A DNA stretch of 24,917 nt from positions 1 to 24,917 of the IMG/VR virus record IMGVR_UViG_3300014656_000129; one strand, written 5' to 3'. Shown here one piece after another: positions 6,798 through 13,534 of this stretch; the first letter of the stretch is position 1, and each line of letters opens with the position of its first letter. The stretch comes from a virus. Its lineage: Duplodnaviria > Caudoviricetes. The notes beneath the pieces were generated by a model. That model worked only from the letters and a program-made list of their open reading frames with translations, ran no database searches and was not told where the DNA came from. A program made the position numbers and the translations under genes.

Positions 6798-8387
6798 GTG
6801 CCTCCAGCAGCAGACCACCACACGCCCGTGGTGATGGACCTCCCGACAGACGCAGAGCTACGCAAGATGGAGCAGGCGCTGGACGCTGAGGAGGCTCTGA
6901 GGAGTGTGGCCGAGGATCGCGCCTTGTCCTTGGCCAGCTTTTGCAAGGGTGCCTGGCACGTGCTGGAGCCCTCCCGCCGCCTGCTGTGGAACTGGCATCA
7001 CGACGAGATCTGCTCGGTACTGGAGCAAATCACCGCGGGAACCCTACCCGAGCGCCAGGTGGTGATCTGCGTTGGCCCTCGCTCGCTCAAAACGATGATC
7101 GTGTCGGTGTTCTGGCCAGCGTGGGAGTGGTTGGGCAAGCCCCATGAAAAGACGGTGTTCCTGAGCGTCAACGAGAAGATGGCCAAGGGGTCGTCCGGCA
7201 AGACCAGGGACCTTGTGGTGTCCGGTTGGTACCGGGAGCTGCTGGCCCGCTACCTCGCGTCCCGTGGGCACGACCCTGCGACCGCCTGGACCATCTCACC
7301 AAGCCAGCGAGCCAAGATTCATTTCAGTAACACCGTCCGCGGTGAGCGCTTCTGCCTGTCCATCGGCGCGACCATCATCGGCCAGGGCGCGGACAAGGCG
7401 GTCGTGGACGACCCTGTGGACGCCCAGGACGTCATCTTCGGGGACCCAACACGCATCGCTGAGAGGATGGCTGAGTCCATCGAGTGGTACGACGGTGTGC
7501 TGTCCACGCGCCTGGACGACCCCAAGACGAGCTACAGGCTAGTCATCATGCAGCGGCTCCACCCGGACGACCTGGCCGGGACGCTGATGAAGCGCCCAGG
7601 AGTCCACTCGTTGGTGTTCCCCACGGAGTTCGACCCAGACATCGCAGACCCTCACGACCACCGAACGGTACGAGGCGAGTTGCTCCACGAGGAGCGCATG
7701 GACGCCGAGGCTATAGCTAACGCCCGGGCTTCCCTCAAACGGCACTACGAGTCGCAGCATGGGCAGCGTCCACGGGCGTTTGAGGGCAAGCTGTTCCGTC
7801 CTATATGGTTTACCCAGCGGTACTCAACCCCACCCTGGAGGATGCAGTTTGACGAGGTGGGCATGACGATCGACGCCTCGTTCCGCAAGAGCGCCACCGC
7901 GGCAGACTCAGCCGTGGAGGTCTGGGGCCGCAGGCTCATCGACAAGTACGTGCTGGACGTGTGGGCCGACCGCTGCGAGTACATCGAGCTGGAGCGCAGG
8001 GTCCTGGGCATGGTTAAGCGGTGGCCCCGCATCAACATCGTGCTGGTCGAGGGGCGGGCCAACGGGGACGCTCTGATCTCCCGTTTGCGCTCTGTGGGGG
8101 TCCCCAGCGTGATCCTCTACGACCCCCATGCAAGCAAGACGGAACGCGCTCAGATTGCGAGCGTGCCCGCATACGAGGCGGGGGAGATCTGGCTACCAGA
8201 GGACGGGCTCGTGGATTGGGATGTCCAGGGATTCGTTGACCAGCACGTGGACTGGACGGGCAGTTCGAAGCAAAAGTGTGACATCATCGACGCGGAATCC
8301 CAGCTGATGATCCGGTGGGCCGAGCAAGCGAACAGCGGTGCAGCCGAGCGCGTCCGGCGTCAGGCCGAGACGATGGCAAACCTGTAA
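6798..8387 (+). CDS. terL: terminase large subunit
   Basis: WNWHH adenine-binding region, Walker A-like GPRSLKT, Walker B AVVDDP, IMQRLHPDDLAG coupling motif, and RNase H-like nuclease residues (IDASF, VEGRANG, DIIDAESQ). Confidence 0.95.
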   Translation: MPPAADHHTPVVMDLPTDAELRKMEQALDAEEALRSVAEDRALSLASFCKGAWHVLEPSRRLLWNWHHDEICSVLEQITAGTLPERQVVICVGPRSLKTMIVSVFWPAWEWLGKPHEKTVFLSVNEKMAKGSSGKTRDLVVSGWYRELLARYLASRGHDPATAWTISPSQRAKIHFSNTVRGERFCLSIGATIIGQGADKAVVDDPVDAQDVIFGDPTRIAERMAESIEWYDGVLSTRLDDPKTSYRLVIMQRLHPDDLAGTLMKRPGVHSLVFPTEFDPDIADPHDHRTVRGELLHEERMDAEAIANARASLKRHYESQHGQRPRAFEGKLFRPIWFTQRYSTPPWRMQFDEVGMTIDASFRKSATAADSAVEVWGRRLIDKYVLDVWADRCEYIELERRVLGMVKRWPRINIVLVEGRANGDALISRLRSVGVPSVILYDPHASKTERAQIASVPAYEAGEIWLPEDGLVDWDVQGFVDQHVDWTGSSKQKCDIIDAESQLMIRWAEQANSGAAERVRRQAETMANL

Positions 8388-8389
8388 GG

Positions 8390-8420
8390 CTTGGGCACAA
8401 ATGCCCGAGGGTGATACCTT
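8390..8420 (+). promoter_or_regulatory. hairpin and possible sigma70-like promoter before the portal gene
   Basis: Stem-loop CTTGGGCA-CAAA-TGCCCGAG. TTGGGC-N18-TACCTT with an extended -10 TG. Confidence 0.3.
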
Positions 8421-8439
8421 CCTGCGAGGAGCGTGACGC

Positions 8440-10311
8440 ATGGACAAGCCGACTGACTGGACGACCAAGGACCTGGAGCGGTACGAACTGGCGGTAGAGA
8501 ACGCCCTGCTACTGGCCGAGCGTACAGACTCCATCGTCAACGAGCTGACCGGGCTCGGGACGACGGCGGACAAGGGGCGTGCTGGGCGTCCTGACACGAC
8601 CCAGGACTGGATGGACCCGGACGAACTGGAGGCCTTGTACGAGCACAACGGCATGGCTCGTCGGCTCATCGACATCATCCCCGACGAGTGCATCAGACGC
8701 GGGTGGAAGATTACGGACCCGGGCGGTGACTCGGACCTGTTCAACCATGAGGAACGGCGTCTGGGCCTGGTCAAGAAGGTGGCAGACGGGATGCGCTGGG
8801 GTCGCCTGTACGGCGGTGCCGTCATCCTGATGGTCGTGGAGGACGGGGAGGACGACTGGTCCAAGCCCATGCGGCTGGAGAAGGTCAAGCGGCTCCAGAA
8901 CCTCGTGGTATTCGATTACAACGAGTGCTCCGTCATCAACTACGAGAGCAACATCCACAACCCCAATTACCGCGCTGCGAGCATGTGGCAGTTGACGCCC
9001 ACTGAGGGGTACTGGAACGACACGGGTGGGGCTGATTGGGAGGCTGACCAGAAGCGGCGTCAGGAGGAGACCATCAGTGCTGGCTGGGGCGGGAAGTTGT
9101 CCAACGTCCACCACTCGCGCGTACTGTACTTCCCCGGTGGGCTGCTACCACCGTCCCGTAGGTTCGAGCGTGGGGGCTTCGACCTCCCGATCATGGAGTA
9201 CATATTCGAAGCGGTGCGGGACCTCACCAGCGTGGTCCAGGGGGCGTCCACGGTCGCCCAGGAGCTACGCCGTACTATCCTCAAGATCGACGGGTTCGGG
9301 GCCAGCCAGGTGGGCGACCAGTCGGACCTCGTGCGCTCTCGTATCCGTGCGATTCAGATGGGCATGAGCGTGCTGAATTGGGCCGTCGTCGGGGACGGGG
9401 ACGAGATCGAGCAGCAGACGGCAGACGTCAGAGGTTTCAATGACCTGTCCGACCTCATGTGGCAGATGCTTGCTGGCGTGACGGGGATGTCCATCACCAG
9501 GTTGCGCGGCGATGCTCCAGGCGGGCTCTCGACGGACGACAAGAGCGGTCGCGCCAACTGGACCGACGTCATCGCAGCTATCCAACAGCACTACCTCCTG
9601 GACATCCTGCTGCGCCTGTACTCGGTGATGTACGCCGCGGACGAGGGACCAACCAAGGGCAAGATGCCTGAGTGGTGGGATATCGAGTTTTTGCCCCTGG
9701 CCGAGCCTACGACCGCCGAGACTGCCGCCGAGCGCAAGGTGCGGGCTGAGACCGACGCGATCTATATCCAGGCTGGCGTGCTGTCCGCCGAGCAGGTAGC
9801 CAGCTCCAGGTTCGGTGAGAACGGGTATCAGGACGATATTCAACCCATCGACCATGACGATTTCAACGGCCCCAACCAGATCGTCATGGCCCAGGAACAG
9901 GAGCGGGCTGACGCGAAGTACACCAGCAGCGTGTACGCCGTGCCCGTGGCCGCGAGGGGTCGGGCTCAGTTCGTGCTGGCCTCCCTCAAGAGTGGCAAGC
10001 TCGCTCCCGAGGGGTTGTCTGCTGACGACCAGGCCGCAGCCGAGCACCTGGTCGCCGCGCCGTACCTGACGAGGGAGTACGTGCTGGGGCTGAATATCTG
10101 GTTCGAGGACAACCCATCGTTTCCCCAGACCGTCAGTGCGTGGGAGGTCAAGCCCGATGTGGTCGCCTTCTACGCTCGCGGTGGACAGGCGATGGCCGCT
10201 CGCTCCAAGAGTGTCGCCCAGGCCCAGGCGTTCACCATTCCACCGGACAGCGACGTTACCCCGGACAACGAGGCTCTGGCTGGCGAAGAAGACGGACCAG
10301 CTGGAGGGTAG
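8440..10311 (+). CDS. portal protein (DUF1073-type) with a C-terminal extension
   Basis: Follows terL. Motifs LEALY..NGMARRLIDIIPDECIRRGW, WGRLYGGAVI, VHHSRVLYF, GMSITRL.G..PGGL and IEF.PL.EPT..E.AE. RBS GAGGAG. Confidence 0.9.
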   Translation: MDKPTDWTTKDLERYELAVENALLLAERTDSIVNELTGLGTTADKGRAGRPDTTQDWMDPDELEALYEHNGMARRLIDIIPDECIRRGWKITDPGGDSDLFNHEERRLGLVKKVADGMRWGRLYGGAVILMVVEDGEDDWSKPMRLEKVKRLQNLVVFDYNECSVINYESNIHNPNYRAASMWQLTPTEGYWNDTGGADWEADQKRRQEETISAGWGGKLSNVHHSRVLYFPGGLLPPSRRFERGGFDLPIMEYIFEAVRDLTSVVQGASTVAQELRRTILKIDGFGASQVGDQSDLVRSRIRAIQMGMSVLNWAVVGDGDEIEQQTADVRGFNDLSDLMWQMLAGVTGMSITRLRGDAPGGLSTDDKSGRANWTDVIAAIQQHYLLDILLRLYSVMYAADEGPTKGKMPEWWDIEFLPLAEPTTAETAAERKVRAETDAIYIQAGVLSAEQVASSRFGENGYQDDIQPIDHDDFNGPNQIVMAQEQERADAKYTSSVYAVPVAARGRAQFVLASLKSGKLAPEGLSADDQAAAEHLVAAPYLTREYVLGLNIWFEDNPSFPQTVSAWEVKPDVVAFYARGGQAMAARSKSVAQAQAFTIPPDSDVTPDNEALAGEEDGPAGG

Positions 10312-10314
10312 CCA

Positions 10315-11202
10315 TTGCCCGCCCCACTGCCCAAAACAGCGTTCGGGCTGGTCTACCCAGCAGCTATCGAGGCTCGGTACTGGAGGATGCTCCGTGCTCA
10401 CGTCCTGGAGGTCCAGAGACTTTACCTGGAGGCACTGGAACGCGGGCTCAAGGGGGTAGGTGGATCAATCGACGCACGAGCTGAGAGGGGCGATTCAGCG
10501 ACCTCGGACGCCAGCCAGCTGCTGCGGGTAATGGAGGAGGTCCAGATACCCGCGATGAGCCCGGCAGAGCTGATGGCGATCTCGTCCAGCGTGGACCGTC
10601 ATGTGGCTGGGGAGCTGATGCGGACGGTCGGACGCTCGCTGGAGATGGCTCCGTGGAGAGCTAACCAGGTGGGCATGTACCAGGGCTGGGCTGGGGCCAA
10701 CGCCTCGCTCGTCACGAACATGGACCTGGACATGACCAACGGTATCCGGGACCGGGTGATGACGGCTGTCCACGAGGGCAAGAGCACGCGGCAGCTGGCC
10801 AAGGAGATCCAGGTCCAGACCAAGGTGTCGTCGTCCCGTGCCAGGCTCATCGCTCGCGACCAGGTGGGCAAGATGACGGGGGCTGTCCAAGAGGTCCGCC
10901 AGCGTAGCCTGGGTATCACTGAGTACATCTGGCGGTCGTCTATTGACGATAGGACGAGGGACGGTACGACGGGTCCAGCTGACCATGTGAGCCTGAACGG
11001 CACGACGCAAAAGTGGTCTGACCCGCCGTTCGACGGCAACGAGAACGTCCACCCCGGCTGGGCCATCAACTGCCGGTGCACAGCCGAGTCCATCATCCCA
11101 TCCATCGAGGAGGCCGCTGCGATGGGTGGGGCGACTGAACCCCCGACCATCGGGCCTGACATGGCGTACCAGTGGCAGAAGCGATTTGACCCAGCAGCCT
11201 GA
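10315..11202 (+). CDS. minor head/head morphogenesis protein (Mu gpF / SPP1 gp7 family)
   Basis: RARLIARDQVGK, ITEYIWRSS.DDRTRD, H..LNG...W.DPP and HPG.AINCRC motifs. Follows the portal gene. Confidence 0.92.
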   Translation: MPAPLPKTAFGLVYPAAIEARYWRMLRAHVLEVQRLYLEALERGLKGVGGSIDARAERGDSATSDASQLLRVMEEVQIPAMSPAELMAISSSVDRHVAGELMRTVGRSLEMAPWRANQVGMYQGWAGANASLVTNMDLDMTNGIRDRVMTAVHEGKSTRQLAKEIQVQTKVSSSRARLIARDQVGKMTGAVQEVRQRSLGITEYIWRSSIDDRTRDGTTGPADHVSLNGTTQKWSDPPFDGNENVHPGWAINCRCTAESIIPSIEEAAAMGGATEPPTIGPDMAYQWQKRFDPAA

Positions 11203-11229
11203 CGCCCGTCGCAGTAATGGTCCACCCGC

Positions 11230-11265
11230 AAAAAAGCCCCGACTCCAGGCGGCAGAGCCGAGGCT
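11230..11265 (-). terminator. Rho-independent terminator for the minus-strand cassette
   Basis: Minus strand reads GCCTCGGCTC-(9 nt)-GAGTCGGGGC followed by TTTTTT. The G-U pairs work only on the minus strand, and it lies just 3' of the tRNA. Confidence 0.85.
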
Positions 11266-11271
11266 AGTTTT

Positions 11272-11346
11272 TGGTTGCGCGGGCAGGGTTCGAACCTGCG
11301 ACCTTCGGCTTATGAGGCCGACGAGCTACCACTGCTCCACCGCACG
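11272..11346 (-). tRNA. tRNA-Met(CAT), initiator (fMet)-type, with encoded CCA and atypical C31:G39 and U3:G70 pairs
   Basis: 75-nt cloverleaf CGTGCGG TG GAGC AGTGGTA GCTC G TCGGC CTCATAA GCCGA AGGTC GCAGG TTCGAAC CCTGC CCGCGCA ACCA. The C1xA72 mismatch and A11:U24 pair are initiator hallmarks. Confidence 0.95.
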
Positions 11347-11361
11347 TCCAGCTCTGGAACC

Positions 11362-11622
11362 CTACCTGTCAAACTCCCGCAGCGTCAACTTCGCTGGAAT
11401 CACCATGTCGTTGGCGGTGACCACCTTCATCATTTCCAGGAGCGCACGACGCTTGCTGGAGTAGACCGCTGGCACCCCGTTGATTTCGACGTGGGTAGGG
11501 CGCATATACCTCCCCGGGGTCGAGGTCGGAGTGACGGACACGACCGCCCATCGGTACTTGGTGGACCCGTTCATGATCTCAGCGATACCGTAGGTCACGC
11601 TCTTGTCTTCGGCATTCAGCAT
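11362..11622 (-). CDS. 86-aa hypothetical protein
   Basis: ATG at 11622 with a GGAGGAA RBS, 1 nt after the stop of the Phd-like gene. Ends 15 nt before the tRNA. Confidence 0.75.
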   Translation of the reverse strand: MLNAEDKSVTYGIAEIMNGSTKYRWAVVSVTPTSTPGRYMRPTHVEINGVPAVYSSKRRALLEMMKVVTANDMVIPAKLTLREFDR

Positions 11623-11623
11623 G

Positions 11624-11914
11624 TTAGTCGTTCCTCCCGTGCACCTCGGCTGCAATTCGCACAGTCTCCTTCAGGAATTTCACGTCATCTGGCCAAGGTG
11701 GTCGCTTGTTACCGCTGGCCATGGCGAGGGCCATTTCTATCAACTCGGGAGCCTTGTGGAGACCCCGCAGGAGGTCCACCGTCAGCCTTCCAGGCATGAG
11801 TACCGCGATGCGTTCTCCGTACCGTGTGATGGTGATCGGAGCGCCTGTTTCGTTGGCCGCTTCGACTAGCTTTTTGAAATCCCGCCTCGCCCGTTCGATG
11901 CCATATCTTCTCAC
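11624..11914 (-). CDS. Phd/YefM-family antitoxin-like DNA-binding protein
   Basis: GTG at 11914 with GGAGG 9 nt upstream. The N-terminus MRRYGIERARRDFKKLVEAANETGAPITITRYGERIAVLMP fits the Phd/YefM pattern (..I.EAR..F..L...A....P..ITR.G...AVL.P). Confidence 0.8.
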   Translation of the reverse strand: MRRYGIERARRDFKKLVEAANETGAPITITRYGERIAVLMPGRLTVDLLRGLHKAPELIEMALAMASGNKRPPWPDDVKFLKETVRIAAEVHGRND

Positions 11915-11934
11915 GTGGATGCGCCTCCACGGGC

Positions 11935-11964
11935 AGCGTATCACAGGTCGGATCGTCTTGTGAG
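11935..11964 (-). promoter_or_regulatory. candidate promoter with an overlapping palindromic operator for the Phd-like cassette
   Basis: Minus strand CTCACA-N18-TACGCT with an extended -10 TG. An imperfect palindrome TCACA-N13-TGTGA spans 11941-11963. Confidence 0.45.
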
Positions 11965-12040
11965 GTTTCGTAGATCCAACATTGACGGTCATGCCTGACG
12001 GCAGGTTCCCTAAAGAATACGACGACAACCGAGAGGCCAG

Positions 12041-13534
12041 ATGCCCTATCCGAACCAGCACGCTGTCCGCTACCGAGCCCCAGGGGCGTTCCAGGCGGGC
12101 TCGTACATGACTCTGACCGAGAACATGGCTCCTGGTGTGTCCATGATCGTCGGCAAGCTGAAGGACGGTGGAGCAAGCGCAACCCAGGCTGTGAGGTTCT
12201 CCACGGACAAGTGGACCATCGCCCAGGTCCGCGAGTGGGTGGCCAAGCACGAGGAGACCGAGGGCAAGCCCATCCTGGTGGAGCCTGCTTCCGACGACGG
12301 CCAGGACGACCAACGGGGCGACCAACTGCTGGAGGAGGAGCGGTTCGACCGCGGCACTCTGAGCAAGGTCGAGCGCACCCGCGAGGGGTTTATCAAGGCA
12401 CAGGCGCGATGGGCCAAGGCAGGCATCCTGCGGTACCCCAACGCTGATGGCAGCATCCGTCGTGAGCTGGTGGAGCCTGGGCTACTCGCTGACCAGGCAT
12501 CGCTGGATAGCTACACGAACAAGCCCGTTACGCTGGGTCACCCGCAAGAAGGTGGACGCCTCATACTACTCACCCCGGAGAACGTCCGACGCTGGACCAG
12601 GGGCTCTGTGGGCGACGACGTGACGTTCGACGGGCAGTATCAGTGCGGGAAGCTGACCATCACGGACGGCGAGACCATCCGGGCCATTGAGTCTGGTGTC
12701 CGCGAGCTGTCCCCCGGATACAAGGTCTCCATCGACCCGACCCCTGGAACCCATCCGATTTTCGGTCCCTACGACGCCCGCCAGGTGAGGCGCGAGGGCA
12801 ACCACATAGCGATAACCCCGGCCGCACGCGGCGGTTCGGATTTACAACTGAGAGCCGATTCAAGATTCGCTCTCGACACCACTGGAGGCATCATGGATCC
12901 CGAGCTGATGAAGGCTCTCATTGCCCTGGGGGTTACCTCGGAACGGCTGGTGAAGCACGCGGACAAGCTGGAGCAATTCCAGCTGCGTGGTGACGCAGCC
13001 GACGAGGGTCCCTGGAAAGCCAAGTACGACAAGATGAAGGAGGAGTTCGACGCCCTCAAGGCCGACATGGACAAGCAGAAAGGCGAGTTCGACGCGCTTC
13101 AGGCGAAGTGCGATGCCTTCGAGCTGAAGGCCAAGGACGATCCCGAGGCGGACAAGGACAAGGGCGACAAGCGGGGTGACTCGTTGGAAGCCCGCATCCA
13201 GGCACACAAGGACTGGAACCTTGCCCGCGAGCTGGCCAAGAAGCACGGCATCAAGGACACCCGTGCGGACTCCATGGACGTGAGCGAGTTGAAGCGGGAG
13301 ATCGTCAAGGCCGTCAAGACGGACCTCCCCGCCGACGCAACGCCCGAGTACGTCAATGCGTACTACGATTTCCTCAGAACCAACGGCTCCTCGCGCGCCG
13401 ATGAGCGTGAGGTTCCCGTGCTGGTCCCCCCGGCCAAGCGCCGCAACAAGGGTTCCGATGACACCCGCCACGACGCTGGTGACATCTGGGGCCAGTCCAT
13501 CGACGATGCCTTTGCCAAGGCCGGAGGTGAATGA
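12041..13534 (+). CDS. DUF2213-type head maturation protease/scaffold protein
   Basis: RT.EGF...A..AKAGI..Y...DG..RRE, SLDSY..KPVTLGHP, I.AIESG.RELSPGY and Q.....NHIAI...ARGG....LRAD motifs, followed by a coiled-coil acidic/Lys-rich scaffold region. Confidence 0.9.
   Translation: MPYPNQHAVRYRAPGAFQAGSYMTLTENMAPGVSMIVGKLKDGGASATQAVRFSTDKWTIAQVREWVAKHEETEGKPILVEPASDDGQDDQRGDQLLEEERFDRGTLSKVERTREGFIKAQARWAKAGILRYPNADGSIRRELVEPGLLADQASLDSYTNKPVTLGHPQEGGRLILLTPENVRRWTRGSVGDDVTFDGQYQCGKLTITDGETIRAIESGVRELSPGYKVSIDPTPGTHPIFGPYDARQVRREGNHIAITPAARGGSDLQLRADSRFALDTTGGIMDPELMKALIALGVTSERLVKHADKLEQFQLRGDAADEGPWKAKYDKMKEEFDALKADMDKQKGEFDALQAKCDAFELKAKDDPEADKDKGDKRGDSLEARIQAHKDWNLARELAKKHGIKDTRADSMDVSELKREIVKAVKTDLPADATPEYVNAYYDFLRTNGSSRADEREVPVLVPPAKRRNKGSDDTRHDAGDIWGQSIDDAFAKAGGE

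Noticed and set aside
9265-10401. Long antisense ORFs (e.g. 378 aa here, 13363-14160, 8193-8888)
   Set aside because: These are expected shadows of GC-rich coding sequence, with no motifs or RBS support.
10315-11202. MuF polymorphic toxin with a downstream immunity gene
   Set aside because: Only ~40 aa follow the NCRC motif, there is no toxin domain, and the downstream genes are on the opposite strand.
11272-11346. tRNA as a prophage attachment site, or as elongator Met / Ile2 tRNA
   Set aside because: Phage head genes continue on both sides, with no integrase or duplicated 3' fragment in the window. C1xA72 and A11:U24 indicate the initiator class.
11362-11622. Calling the 86-aa ORF a VapC, Doc or RelE toxin
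   Set aside because: It has no PIN acidic tetrad, no Fic/Doc HxFxxGNxR motif and no convincing RelE pattern, so it is left as hypothetical.
11275-11799. 174-aa + strand ORF (and 11126-11464) across the tRNA region
   Set aside because: It overlaps the antisense of a well-formed tRNA and two minus-strand genes with good RBSs, so it is a shadow ORF.
11915-12325. N-terminal extension of the 233-aa minus ORF 11624-12325
   Set aside because: It overlaps the DUF2213 gene antisense. Phd similarity and the RBS point to the GTG at 11914.
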